Assembly: GCA_030390025.1 (NCBI GenBank)
Contig: CM059431.1
Coordinates: 129,954,001-130,018,000, forward strand
Source of the DNA: Squalus acanthias
Taxonomy: Eukaryota
Direction of reading: 5' to 3'
DNA length: 64,000 nt
Numbering within the stretch: the stretch's first letter is position 1; each line of letters starts with the position of its first letter. The position numbers and the translations under genes are program-made. Below are positions 35,975-49,264 of this stretch, one piece after another. The notes below the pieces were generated by a model. That model did no database searches. It was not told where the DNA came from and saw only the letters and a list, made by a program, of their open reading frames with translations.

Positions 35975-38105
35975 GCTTAAGAAATAGGAGCAGGGGTAGG
36001 CCATACGGCCCATTGAGCCTGCTCTGCCATTCAATAAGATCATGACTGAATTTCTACATCAACTCCACTTTCCCACCCTATCCCCATATCTCTTGATTCC
36101 CTTCGTGCCGAAACATCTATCGGTCTTTATCTTGAATATACTCATCGACTGAACATCCACACCCCTCTGGGGTAGAGAATTCCAAAGATTCACAACCCTC
36201 TGAGTGAAGAAATTTTTCCTCATCTCAGTCTAAATAGCTGATCCCTTATTCTGAGACTATGACCCCCTAGTTCTAGACTCCCAGTCAGGGCAAACAGCAT
36301 CTACCCTGTCAAGCCCTCTAAGAATTTTATACATTTCAATGAGATCACCTCTCATCTAAACTCCAGAGAACATAGGTCCATTCTACTCGATCTTTCCTCA
36401 TAGGACAGCCCTCTCATCCCAGGAATCAATGTAAGTGAACCTTCGTTGCGTCCCCTCTAAGGCAAGTATATCCTTCCTTAGGTAAGGAGACCAAAATTCT
36501 ATACAGTACTCCAGGTGTGCAATAAGGCCGACAAACCATTTGCCTTCCTAATTGCTTGCTGTACCTGCATGTTAACTTTCTGTGATTCGTGTGCAAGGAC
36601 CCCCAAATCCTTCTGAATACCAACATTTACTAGTCTCTCAACTTTGAATAAATATTCTGTTTTTCCATTATTCCAACTGAAGTGGATAATTTCACACTTC
36701 CTTACATTCTATTCCATCTGCCACCTTCTTGCCCAATCACTTAACCTGTCTATATCCCTTTGCAGCCTCTTTGCGTCCTCCTCACAGCTTACTTTCCCAC
36801 CTAGCTTTGTATCGTCAGCAAACTTGGATATATTATACTCGGTCCCCTTATCTAAGTCAATGATCTAGATTGCAAATAGCTGAGGCCCAAACACTGATCC
36901 TTACGGCACACCACTAGTTACACACTGCCATCACGAAAATGACCCGTTTATTCCTACTCTGTTTTCTGTCCATTAACTAATCTTCAATCCATGCTAATAT
37001 AGTAGTTACAATCGTGTGAGCCCTTACCTTGTGTAACAACCTCTTGTGTGGCACCTTATCGAATGCCTTCTGAAAATCCAAATATACTACATCTACTGGT
37101 TCCCCCTTATCTACCCTGCTAATTACACCCTCAAAAAACTCTAATAGATTTGTCAAACATGATTTCCCTTTCATAAAACCGTGTTGACTCTGCCTAATCA
37201 TATTGTGATTTTCTAAGTGCCCTGTTGACACGCCCTTAATGATTTCCCTCATTTTCCCTACTATTGATATAGTTCCCTGTTTTCTCTTTCCCTCCTTTCT
37301 TGAATAGCGGGGTTACATTTGCTACCTTCCAATCCACGGGGACTGTTCTATAATCTGGGGAATTCTGGAAGATCAAAACCAATGCATCCACTATCTCTGC
37401 AGCCACCTCTTTTAAAACCCTAGGGTGTTGGCCATCAGGTCCAGGGGATTTGTTGACTTTTAGTCCCACTAATTTCTGCAGTCCTTTTTCTTTACTAATA
37501 TTAATTACTTAGGTTCCTCACTCTCATTAGACCCTTGGTTCCCCAGAATTACTGGTATGTTCTTTGTGTCTTCTACTGTGAAGACAGACAAAATATTTGT
37601 TTAACATCACTGCCATTTCCTTCCATTATAATTTCTCCTGTCTCTGCTTCTAAGGGACCCATGTTCACTTTCACTAATCCCTTCCCTTCCTTTTTACATA
37701 TTTGTAAAAGCTCTTACAATCTGTTTTTATATTTCTTGCTAGTTTACTCTCATTCTATTTTCTCCGTTGTTATCAATTTCTTGGTCATTCTTTGCTGATT
37801 TTTAAAACCCACCCCAACCTCAGGCTTGCTACACTTTTTGGCAACATTGTAAGCTTCTTTTAATCTAACACTATCCTTAACTTTTCTAGTTAGCCATGGC
37901 TGTACCACTTTTCCAGTGGAGTTTTTATTCCACAAGGGAATGTATATTCATTGAGAATTGTGAATTATTTCTTTAAATGTTTGCCATTGCTTATCTGCCG
38001 TCATATATTTGAATCTAAATTTCCCAATCTACCTCAGCCAACTCGCCCCTCATACCTCCGTAATTGGCTTTGTTTAAATTTAAGATCCTAGTTTCAGATT
38101 TAACC
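35975..38105 (-). mobile_element. CR1 LINE, about 2.1 kb, degraded
   Basis: Minus ORFs 37750-37935, 37236-37469 (KSPGPDG), 36977-37252 (SQHGFMKGKSCLTNL) and the 3' UTR at 35975-36060. Confidence 0.92.
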
Positions 38106-38684
38106 ATAAAGGTTAAGGACATCAAAACGTATTGGAACAAGTCCTGGAAAATAAACATCAGGAGCTACATGCATGGGATAACCATGATTTGATTTATGTT
38201 ACTTGTATGATAATTTAAAACAAAATTGTGAGGTTTGAATACTCTCCATTCAGCAGCAGCAGCAGCAGCAGTTCTGAGGAAAGATGGCAACCTACATACA
38301 ATCCTTGACCAATTATGCTCTGATTAGCAATTAGCATCGAACTGTGCAAATACTGAACAAGGAAAACTTTTCCTCTAATTTCCCATTCCCATGAGAGGCA
38401 ATCATGGCTTCTATTTAGTCTATTGCTACAGACAGTGTGGCTGAAATCATAAACTTAGCAGCATGGGTATTGAATCTGCGTTGTCTATTTTCATGCTACC
38501 ATAGATTCATTCTTCAACTTGCCTCATACATACTTATAAATATTATTAGAACATTATTTCTACTGTGCATTTCTTAGGCATCACTCTATAGGGCTGATTT
38601 TCATTTCCGTTTTTGGGTGGGAACTTCTTCACAATGAAAAGGGGAGTGCAGAACTTCATGCCCCATTATCACTGCCAATTAACA

Positions 38685-40011
38685 GGGGTACGGTAGCATA
38701 GTGGTTATGTTTCTGGACTAGTGATCCAGAGGCCTGGAGTAATAATCCGGAGACATGAGTTCAAATTCCACCATGGCAGCTGGGGGATTTAAATTAAGTT
38801 GATTAATCAGTAATGGTAACCATGAAAACTGCTGGATTGTCGTAAAAACCCATCTGGTTCACTAATGTCCTTTAGGGAAGGAAATCTGCCACCCGTACCC
38901 GGTCTGGTCTATATGTGAAACCAGACCCACAACAATGTGGTTGACTCTTAACTGCCCGATGGCGTTTCGGCCAAACCCGCAAAAGATTCTCACCTCGACA
39001 TTCCACCTCAACACCCAACAAGCAAACCAAGCTTTGAAAGTCTCCTTTTGCGGCGCAGAGGTAAATCATGCCAAAAACCCCTCCTATTTAGGAGTCATGC
39101 TTGATCGCATCCTGTCATATAGACAACATCTCCAGAACCTTGGGAAGAAACTAAAGAGTAGGGTCAACTTGATCCAGAAACTCGCCAGATCCACATGGGG
39201 AGCAGACGCTCAAACCCTCCGTACGGCAGCACTCGCCCTGGTGTACTTTACAGTGCTGCTCTCCGGCATGGCTATCAAGTCTGCATGTCAAATCTGTTGA
39301 TGTCCAGTTGAATTGTACTATGAGAATTATCACCGGTATGCTTTTATCGACACCAACACCTTGGCTGCCCGCATTTGCAAACATTGCACCACCACACCTA
39401 CGCCGCGAATATGCAGTCTCCAGAGAACACAACCGCTACACCAGCAAAGACATGCCGATACAGGCCGACTTGAACAACCGACCACCAACCCGTCTCAAAT
39501 CTAGAAGGCCATTTTGACCATCGCCAAAGCCCTTTAGCGATCTCCCCTCAGCCTTGATGACCGATGGCGAAATGCTTGGAAGAACTGTGACATATGGAAT
39601 GGATTTCTTATAGAGGACCCCACAGTACAACCTGTATGATCAAACCTTCCTCGCAAACAGTGGACAACCATCAACCACCTCAGAACTGGCCATGGTAGAT
39701 GCTGCCACCTTCTCCACAGATGGAAGATTAAAGCATCCCCATCATGCGATTGTGGAGCTCCTAATCAGACCCTGGAGCACATCATTGAACACTTCCCTCA
39801 GAGGAAATTCGCAGGCAGCCTACAAGATACCCACGCTGTTACACCGGAAGCTTTGGCCTGGATATCTGACTTAGATATTGCCATTTGATTTGCTTTGCTA
39901 CTGCCGTACGAAAGAAAAGACCACTGCCACCTTCTCAAGGGCAATTTGGGATGGGCAATAAATGCTGGCCTTGCCAGTGACGCCCACATCCCGTGAATGA
40001 ATTAAAAAAAA
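38685..40011 (+). mobile_element. tRNA-derived SINE with a family-B LINE tail, split by a LINE insertion (parts about 38685-38957 and 39919-40011)
   Basis: Head TAGCATAGTGG (A box)...GAGTTCAAATTCC (B box). The 3' part CCACCTTCTCAAGGGCAA...CCCACATCCCGTGAATGAATTAAAAAAAA matches the family-B tail. Confidence 0.75.
38958..39918 (+). mobile_element. I-group (Vingi/Ingi-like) LINE 3' fragment
   Basis: YLGVMLDRILSYRQHL...KLKSRVNLIQKLARSTWGA...LRTAALALVY, MRIITG, NIAPPHLRR, and a C-terminal CDCG...QTLEHII motif. No RNase H visible. GAAAGAAAAG tail. Clade assignment is from memory. Confidence 0.65.
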
Positions 40012-40249
40012 CTATGCCTAGGAACTGAGTATTCCCCAGGCTCACCGAAGAAGAAAATATACCCCATTAACTGCTCACTGCTGTTTGTGGGGTGGGCAGG
40101 GTGAGGGAGGCCAGCAGGGGAGAGAGGTCAGGTATGGCAGGCGCCGCCCCAGTTTCTTCTATGCTGACGGGGAAGCTGCAGTTGGCAAAGCACGTGTTGA
40201 CCGTGTACCGCAGAGGCAATCTAGCAGCAGGCATCGAGCATGTTGACTT

Positions 40250-41200
40250 AACGGGTCAAGAGTTCAGCAGATGCTTATGTTAGTGGGTTTTAATGGTCCT
40301 GATTATGTCTTGATCGAGGGGTTGAAGAATGGAGGTGGTGTTGGGTGGGAAGAACGCTAGCTAGATGTTGGAAAGATGGTGATCAGCAGGGTGAGAGGTT
40401 AACATTGGCCACAAACTGAATGATCTTGAGCTTTTGGCAGCGCATTTGACTGTTGAAGTCTTTAACCCAGGAAGTGAAGATCGCACTGGTCATCCAGGCC
40501 TTCTTGTTGTGCTCCCAAATGACTGGAAAAGTGGATAAGTCCAGGTTATGAAAACACTTAGGCGTAGCAGCACGGCCGATGGCCAAAGGGTTTGTGAACT
40601 CCCCCACAACATTGCAGCAGAGGGCGGCTGTGATGCAGTCCTTGGACTTTTTGGCCTCTTTACATTGCTCACTGGAGATGGTGAGGTTTCTTGTCGGGCA
40701 AGGCTTGGAAAAACATGCTGGCCTCGTCCATATTATAGATGTCCCTTGCTTTATATGACTCGATTATGGATGCAAGATGCTGCTTCTCGTCACTGACAAC
40801 ATTGGGGCCGACGCTGGCACTCGCTGAGATGACTTGGAAGGAGATAGTGTGACGGGTGCAGAATGACTCCAGCCACCCAATGGAGGCCTTGAACATGGTG
40901 CTATTCGGGACTGGGCGTACTGGAGGGCTTTTGTTGAAGGAGTGGACCGGTGATGGGGATTGATTGTGACCGGGCACGCTGGAACCACTCCCACACCATG
41001 GTATTCATTGTAGACAAGTCAGATCTGTAGGAGAGCAGTGGGATTCATATGTGTCAAGAAGCTAACGTTTATACTTCAGGATGTTGAAAACTTATGTTTT
41101 ACCACGAGAAGGCTTTTTCCAACTCGTGGAAGCTTTGGCTGTCAAGTTCGTGCTTTTTAATGAGCTTGATTTTTGGTCCAGTGATAACTCATTACACTTC
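40250..41200 (-). pseudogene. Decayed Tigger/pogo transposase (CENP-B-type HTH plus DDE_1 domain)
   Basis: Across frames: FKASIGWLESFCTRH, IYNMDEASMFFQALP, NKKAWMTSAIFTSWVKDFN, PPNTTSILQPLDQ. Confidence 0.85.
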
Positions 41201-41326
41201 GCTTTAGCAGCCACTTTCTCAAATCTTTCCTGCTAAAAATATTCCCAACAATCTTGAAGAACCTGCTGAGATTATGTTCAGCACCTAATCAGCTGCAATA
41301 ATGCTAAGAACTTGCTTGTACCTGTA

Positions 41327-41885
41327 TAGTGGAACCTGTTCCCAACGACAATCTCAGACCACAGAGAGCCATACTGGTTGCAGTCGGGTGCGTGCGCGTC
41401 TTCTCGGTCCACGTGTGGTCGGGTGCGTGTGCGTCTTCTGAGTCTGCGTGCAGTCGTGTGCCTGCATCTTCTGGGTCCGCATTCAGTTGGGTGCAAGTGT
41501 ATGTGCATCTTCTGAATCCGCGTGCGGTCAGGTGCATGTGCATCTTCTGGGTCTGCGTGGGGTCGGGTGCGGTGCGTTTTCTGGTGTGAGTTGTCAACAA
41601 GATTACAGTGTGAATCAGCAGGGACGGGGCAGCAGGGGGATTCAAAACTCGATACTGGCAGGAACAAACAGGAATCGCGGTCCTCAGACTCAGATACAGT
41701 AGATACTTCGAACATTTTGAAGTGTGATGTCAGGCTGTGTCCCATGATTTAAGGTGTAAATGGGCTTGGTGCAATGAAGACTGTCTTTATTTTGTAATCG
41801 CCAGTGTCTGCCATTTCAGAGTGCAGCTTGTATCTGATACAATGAATGTCCGTTTTGTGAGTTTTCGTTTATACAGGTTTCACTG
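41327..41885. mobile_element. Tigger-like TIR-bounded segment containing a minisatellite
   Basis: TA|TAGTGGAACCTGT ... ACAGGTTTCACTG|TA. Confidence 0.55.
41381..41582. repeat. Minisatellite of about 36 bp, 5-6 degenerate copies
   Basis: Repeated GTCGGGTGCGTGTGCGTCTTCTGGGTCCGCGTGCG-like units. Confidence 0.8.
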
Positions 41886-41894
41886 TATCGCTAA

Positions 41895-42072
41895 AAAGCA
41901 GATTATCTGGTCATTGTCATATTGCTGTTTGTCGGACCTTTCTGTGTTCAAATTGGCTACCACATTTCCTATTACAACAGTGACGACGCTTCAAAAGTAC
42001 TCCATTGGCTGTAAAGCATTTTGGGACATTCTGACGTCATGAAAGGTGATATATAAATACAAGTCTTTCTTC
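41895..42072 (+). mobile_element. 3' half of a SacSINE1-like SINE
   Basis: CAGATTATCTGGTCATT...AAATTGGCT...GGCTGTAAAGC...ATATAAATACAAGTCTTTCTT. Confidence 0.8.
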
Positions 42073-44366
42073 TGCACAATCTATGACCCAAGAAGATTCC
42101 CAAAATGGCACTGTGCTGCACAATATTGCTATTGATGGAGGCAGCAGCGTACAGCAGGCACTGGTGAAAGAGGATAAGGGGTCTAAAATCCCCTCCAAAT
42201 GCCTCGACAGTTCCTCCCCACCTCCATGACCATTTTTCAGCTCTATCTCAACCCCTTTCTTTACAGAAGACCACTTTGAGCCTCAATATCCCACCCCTTA
42301 CCTCACTGGGGAACGGATGTTTGTAAGCTGCCTCTTTACCAATAATTATATTGGTTTCCTGTTCTGCAGCAAGTTACTCAGCCAGGCGCTGCAAGGATAT
42401 ATTTCCTATAACAACAGTTTTCATTTATAGTAAATCTTGTCCATTTCAGACAGTCTTATTATGACAGTAAATCCTACCTCTGTACCATTCTCCAGTTTTT
42501 TTTGCATAACATAAAAATGACATTTTCTCATTCCCTGAAAGAATTCCCTGTTTAACTAATTTACGGCCTTAGATTATTAATATCACTCCTTGGCATGCTG
42601 AGCTATTTTGTTATTTCAAGTTTCCTTATTGACTCCTTTTAAGTTGCTGACAAAGTGTACGAGTCAGTTATTTGATAGTTTTAGTATCTGAAATACTAGA
42701 ATCTAGAGGCCTTTAAGTCTAGTCTAATACTCCTCTTTGTACAGTACTATTATTTTCCTGTCTTTGAGAATGAAAGTCTGATTCATATCTATACTGTATT
42801 AATTCTTCTTTATTCTCAGCTTTTTTTTTTACTGTATGCACTTGGATTCCAGGGTTGTAAACGAGAAGTGTGTTGTGAAACAAAATCTCCATTTAACATT
42901 AAGCACACGGTGATGCAGCTTGAAATTTTGATATTTTGAGTTTTTCAGTTTGTATACTGTAAAACTGTAAACTCAAGGCAAAAATATTTGCATGGGTGAG
43001 GGGAGGGAGAAAACCAAAAAAAATGTGATATAAAGTATTTACTCTGTGTCGTCTAAAAAATTGTAGTAAGAATATGTTTGTGTGTCAGGTTTCGAAACAC
43101 CTTTTTTATCCATTCTATATTTTGCAAACTCCACTTAGCCCCAGATTTGTCATGTGCCCCTTATTTAAATCTCATTTTAATTTTAACATCACTACTTTTC
43201 TGAGGAACCTTAGCTTTTTCTGTATCCCGATTACTACTGTTTGTCCAGTCTGTCCTCCAGTCATTTCCCATTTTACATTGTTTGCCCACTGTCTTGTCTG
43301 TCTTTTATTCTTTCCAATTTATCTGGGCTAGTTCCCTTTTAATCTGATTGATTTTTTTCTTTGCAGTCAAGTATTTTTATCTTTGGCTATCCCCTCTCCT
43401 TTTCAATTTTCATGTGAAACCTAATTATGTTGGCCTGCAATTTGCGGTCAGCGGCGAAGCAAAGGCACTCGCTGCTGGCTTCGAAGAAAGCTTCCCGTGG
43501 CAAAAACATTACCGTTCTTGACGTGCAATTGTTTGTAGCGCTCTGTAACAGTAATTCCCAGCAAAGAGCTGCTGTGATGTCAACAAGCTGTCTAAGCAGC
43601 CAATCACATTGAAGAATTCTCACAGACCGCAAATCAGGAAATGAAAAGCGGCTTTTATCTGGACTTTTTAAAAATGTTAGTCCCAATCTTTATTTTGCTC
43701 TCTGTCACATGCCGATAAGGTAGAAGCTGAAATATCATGAACAAACTTTTACATTTTTTTTAAAGTTTAAAAAAAAATGGTAATTTTTATCATAATGGAG
43801 AAATATGACACTCCACAAATATAAAAATTACTTTTTCAGGGCCACAAAGGTTATTTAGCAGTCAATACATTGTTAAAACCCCAGTTACACCTATTCCAAC
43901 AAGGCTTAACATTTAATGAGGTATTTCACAGCAACAGCAATATTAGCGCAGGAAAACCCAAATTTTCTTCAGTTTCACTGATTTCACTGATTGCCGACTT
44001 GGGGGGTGGGGGTGGTGGTCCACAGCGTAGCCTGTGTCAGAGCAGTGAATGACTGATCGCAACTTCAGGATTTCCGCAGCTGGAATTGCTTGGAATTTTT
44101 CAAAAAAAATTAAAACTGTCGTGCTTAGAACTATATTAGCATATGTTACATTGCTCATGTTATTACTTTTGCAGTCTCAATACTGCTCCCTCCAGTCAAA
44201 GAGGCCTTCTTTAATAAAGTGGAGGAAAGTCACCTGGTGAAAATGACACTACTGTACAAGAACTTTGTCCCTCAGTGACTCGCCCTACTCCTTCCATAGA
44301 ATTAATGCAATTTCTTGTTCATGTGTCGAAGTAATGAAATTACTATAGGGTAATGAGGGTTACTAT

Positions 44367-44594
44367 AGGGTAAATTTTACAAATTTATGCTTCTGGCAGA
44401 GACCTTCACCTGTCAGGAGCACACATTCGAAATTGGGGCACAGAGATCAGGCAGGCCCAGCAAGACTTTCCATTCATTAATTTTAATGGACAGAAAATGT
44501 TTTGTGGCCTGTTGTCCTCTGCTTAGAATTCCCATTGTGCGCTCTCAAAGAGGAAGGCTTTATGCTAAGAGTGCAAATTCATAAAATTTACCCT
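44367..44594. mobile_element. Short Harbinger-like MITE
   Basis: 13-bp TIR AGGGTAAATTTTA/TAAAATTTACCCT, flanks TAT and CAT. Confidence 0.65.
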
Positions 44595-44607
44595 CATAAA
44601 TATGGTA

Positions 44608-46311
44608 TCATAGAATCATAGAAGATAGGAGCAGGAGTACGCCATTCGGCCCCTCTAGCCTGCTCTGCCATTCAATGCGATCATGGCTGATCATCCAAAT
44701 TCAGTACCCTGTCCCTGCTTTCTCCCCATATCCCTTGATCCCTTAAGCCTTAAGAAATATATCCAACTCCTTCTTGAATCTATTTAATGAATTGGCCTCT
44801 ACTGCCTTCTGTGGCAGAGAATTCCACAGGTTCACCGCTCTCTGGGTGAAGAAATTCCTCCTCATTTCTGTCCTAAATGGCTTACCCCTTATCCTTAGAG
44901 TGTGACCCCTGGTTCTGGACTCCCCGACCATCGGGAACATCCTTCCTGCATCTAGTTTGTCCTGTCCTGTCAGAATTTTATAAGTTTCAATGAGATCCCC
45001 TCTCATTCTTCTAAACTCCAGCGAGTATAAGCCCAATCGACCCAATCTCTCTTCATACGTCATTCCTGCCATCCCAGGTATCAGCCTTGTGAATCTTCGC
45101 TGAACTCCTTCCATGGCAAGAACATCCTTCCTCAGATAAGGTGACCAAAACTGCACACAGTACTCAAGGTGTGGTCTCACCAAGGCCCTGTACAACTGCA
45201 GCAAGACATCCTTGTTCCTGTACTCAAACCCTCTCGCTATGAAGGCCAACATACCATTTGCCTTCTTAACCGCCTGCTGCACCTGCATGCTTACCTTCAG
45301 CGACTGGTGCACAAGGACACCCAGGTCTCGTTGCACTTCCCCTTCTCCCAATCTATTGCCATTCAGATAATAATCTGCCTTTCTGTTTTTGACACCAAAG
45401 TGGATAACCTCACATTTATCCACATTATATTGCATCTGCCACGCTTCTGCCCAATCACCCAACCTGTCCAAATCATCCTGGAGTTTCTCGGCATCCTCCT
45501 CGCAGCACACACGCCCACCCAGTTTTGTGTCGTCTGCAAACTTGGAGATATTACATCTAGTTCCCTTGTCTAGATCATTAATATATATTGTGAATAGCTG
45601 GGGTCCAAGGACCGATCCCTGCGGTACCCCACTAGTCACTGCCTGCCACTCGGAAAAAGACCCGTTTATTCCAACTCTTTGCTTTCTGTCTGCCAACCAG
45701 TTCTCTATCCAACTCAATACCTTGCCCCCAATCCCATGTGCCTTAACTTTACACGCTAATCTCTTATGCGGGACCTTATCAAAAGCCTTTTTGAAGTCCA
45801 AATACACCACATCCACTGGTTCTCCCTTATCTATTTTACCAGTTACATCCTCAAAAAATTCCAGTAGGTTAGTCAAGCATGATTTACCTTTTGTAAATCC
45901 ATGTTGACTTTGTCCGATCCTGTCACTGTTTTCCAAGTGCTCAGCTATTACATCTTTTATAATTTCTAGCATTTTCCCCACTACCGATGTCTGTAATTCC
46001 CCGTTTTCTCTCTACCACCCTTTTTGAATAGTGGGGTAACATTAGCTACCCTCCAATGCATGGGTACTGTTCCAGATTCTATCGAATGTTGGAAGATGAT
46101 CAGCAATGTATCTACTATTTCTAGGGCCACTTCCTTAAGTACCCTAGGATGTAGATTATCAGGCCCTGGGGATTTATCGGCCTTCAATTTCCCTAACACC
46201 ATTTCCCTACAAATACTGACTTATTTCAGTTTCTCCCTTTCATCAGACCCTATGTTCTCCAACATCTCTGGGAGGTTATTTGTGTCCTCCTTTGTGAAGA
46301 CAGAACCAAAA
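44608..46311 (-). mobile_element. CR1 LINE with a 412-aa open RT region
   Basis: ORF 44743-45981 has SQHGF, YLDFKKAFD, GVPQGSVLGP and FADD. An upstream piece 45981-46202 is separated by a small deletion and stop. Confidence 0.95.
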
Positions 46312-48215
46312 TAGGTAATCTACCATTTCTTTTACCATTTTGTGAACTTTATTAACTGACTTTGAATAATATGGAATTTTAATCTCCTGGCTTGTTTTAC
46401 GATATGTGTTACTTAATTCCAGTCAATGATCCAAGTGTAGAATTAAAATGTATCTAACGCTTTCTTAGTCACAGTCTATTTTTGGAATTGTTATACCAGA
46501 TGTAGCAATTGTGTATAGTCCTAATCCTAGCATAACATTTTCCAGGGTTGGTTGTTTTAATGATCAGTACAATGCATAATGTCTATCAGGCACCTCGTTA
46601 TAACTAAAACAGGAAATTTTATGTTTTGCATGTTAACACTTTCTTGCAAAGATGACTTTGATAATTATCCTGCAGTATACCAGCACAGTTTTGTTACTCA
46701 TGATTTTTATAACCATCCCTTTGTAAACTACACTTTTCACCTGAGAAGGTACAGATTATTTTTCTGAAATGTAGTACTTTGTAGCTGATGCTCATTGTTC
46801 ACCTGTGCCTGCTTGATTCAGAGCCACTGGTTTTCATTACAGAGAGCCTCCTCTTTTATGCTGACCCTCACCTCAACCTGCCGCCAGCTATTTCTCGCAA
46901 ATAGAAATAATAGCGTAACATTTTTTGGCTATCTACTTAGCAGTTATCAGGATTCAGTTGTATTATGATAAGGATGATGTTTGGTTTCAAAGTCGTAATT
47001 TTGTCTTCAGTGTTATACAGTGAATCAGCTAACCAGTTTTCATGTTTTGTTTTAGTAAAATAAGTGAAGTAATAAAGCTTGGAAGAGTTATTTAGGTACA
47101 GTAGGTGTGAACTAGAAAAGCTACATGGAGATGAATGTTGACATATGAAGAATAAAGACCTGGTGCCTCTTTTTTATCTGAGTTGCTAGACAGTTAGAAC
47201 TGATCAGGCATAATAATCCAACAGCTAGCTTTCCTTTTCAGAGGAAATTGGGTTGAAAGTATGATTGTCACAATAGCTTTGAAGAGTTTTTTTGATGTAA
47301 AGAAGCTTTGTTTATAACTGAAAATGTCCAATTTCAATGCGTGTACTATACCCATGCACAGGCAACACTAACTTTTCTTTTGCAAGTTGTAGTTTGGTAT
47401 TCATTCGAATTGCTATTTTTCAATAAGTTACTTAAAAAAAAATTCTGGAACTCTAAAGATGATTGTTCAAAAAGCAGGTGCTGGTGCTCCAAAATGCTGT
47501 GGAATAATAGGATATGTGCTTCTACCCATGATTCCTATACAGTAATGATTGATCTCACATGTCATCAAAGGCAATTAAGCATGCTACCATAGGGAGGGAA
47601 AGGCAAATGCTGAGTCGACCTGGACTGCTCTCATTTCCCTTTACCTATTAACATAGGTCAGAGAACAAGTTGTAGTGGGAACATGTCAAGAGTTATAAAA
47701 GGAAAACTGATTACATTTTTCTTATTAGATATATCTCCCTGCCATTAGCACTCTCCCTTTCAAGCCCACTTGCTATCACATAGCATTGTTCTCATTAAAT
47801 TGAGGGATGTTAGTTCTGGGGATAGGAGTGCTTTCCTATTCAGGCACTGTCAGCATCAAGCTCTTCTGCCCTAACAACGTGCCTCAATCACACCCCCTCA
47901 TAAGAGTATCCACTCGTGCACCAGTGTGACACTTTTACTATTTCCCACAGCAGCCATCCTGTGGCCTCCCTAAGTGAGATTGTGAAATAATGCCAGATAT
48001 GGGATTGTTTTCTGCTGTAGACCCGTGCTCACTATGGACTGGATTAATACTGCCCAAACTCATTTCACATAGGACCCTTACAGCCAGTAAAGAGAGTGAC
48101 TGGCTTCAATCCATCAGGTTCGGCTGGATTTGAATTCAGGTCCTGGGGTGAAAGTGGCTAACACAATGTGCCATCCAGATTCTCTTTAACAACTTTCTAA
48201 TATGTAGTGCTATGT

Positions 48216-48418
48216 TAGGCTGACCATACATCCCCGTTTTCCAGGGACAGTCCCCGGATTAGGTACTGTGTCCCCGGGTATACAACTTCCCGGGAAGAGT
48301 GAAATAACAACAGAAAATGCTGGAAACACTCAGCAGGTCAGGCAGCATCGATGACCCTTCGTCAGAACTGAAGAACAGAAGAGTCCCCGGTTTGGAAAAC
48401 TTGTCCCCATATATGGTT
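48216..48418. mobile_element. hAT (Blackjack-like) MITE remnant with a nested Penelope-like terminal-repeat fragment (about 48305-48372)
   Basis: TAGGCTGACCATACATCCCCG start and repeated GTCCCCGG. The insert AACAGAAAATGCTGGAAACACTCAGCAGGTCAGGCAGCATC is homologous to 61395-61437. Confidence 0.5.
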
Positions 48419-48453
48419 TTTGTTTTTTTAAACATGAATCTACAGAAACCCCC

Positions 48454-49264
48454 GGGGGAGATTTTTGGCCTGTTTCCGCCCGGTTTAAGCTCAGGAACGG
48501 ATTCCTGGAGGCAACGATGGCGGCCCTGCTTTCCCATAATGAGCCTTCGTGCGAGGGTAAGGCTTCCCCGCGATCTCTCACTGCACGCTGGCTTTTTCAT
48601 TCCCAGTTCGCACGAACTTGATGTTCTGGACAGCAGCTGTGCAGGGCTTCCGTATCCCACAGGCGCAGTTAATTCGTGCGAGCTGTGGGATCACGTGACT
48701 CAGTTAGAGCCAATGGCAGCACACCATCTTTCATTCATAGCTTTCACAACAAGGGCTGTGAAAGCTATGAATCTATACCCCCCCAAAAGAACAGCTAAAC
48801 CTCAATTAAATTTTTTAAAAAAACCATCACATTAATAAAATAAGTATAGTTAAATAAATTAACCATTTTAAACAAAAAATTAAATTTTTGAAAAATTTAA
48901 AATCTTTTTAAAAGTTATAAAAATAAACTTACCTTTCTTTAAAGTCTCTAAAAAAGATAAACCTGTTGCAAAAAATTTAAAATAATACTTAATTAACTAC
49001 TTACCTTGTTAAAAGAGGGTCTTACGCCTCCTTTCTTTATGTGCAAAATCTTCCATGCTTACCTGCGTGTTCAAAGCACTAAGTGCACTGCGTGCGCGCA
49101 GCCTGTAGCGCGCACGCGGTTCACTTAGGAACCGCCCCCTTTTGAGTTCACCAAGTGCCGGTTTTCAGCGCATGCGCAGTGCATGCAGAAAACCGGCAAT
49201 TGGAGACAGAATACGCGAGAGTACACAGTGCGTACTCTCGCATACTAAGACTAATTTTTGGGCC
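48454..49264. mobile_element. Harbinger MITE, inverted copy of 27011-27752 with a different left terminus
   Basis: 48543-49264 is the reverse complement of 27011-27732. It ends AATTTTTGGGCC, and the left end extends to GGGGGAGATTTT. Confidence 0.85.

Noticed and set aside
38251..38271. (CAG)7 as a polyglutamine exon
   Set aside because: Short microsatellite with a stop codon soon after in the CAG frame and no supported exon structure.
44743..45981. 412-aa RT ORF (and the 430-aa ORF at 50125-51417) as functional or domesticated genes
   Set aside because: Both are 5'-truncated CR1 copies without an endonuclease or promoter, and the second has FADD mutated to FAGD.
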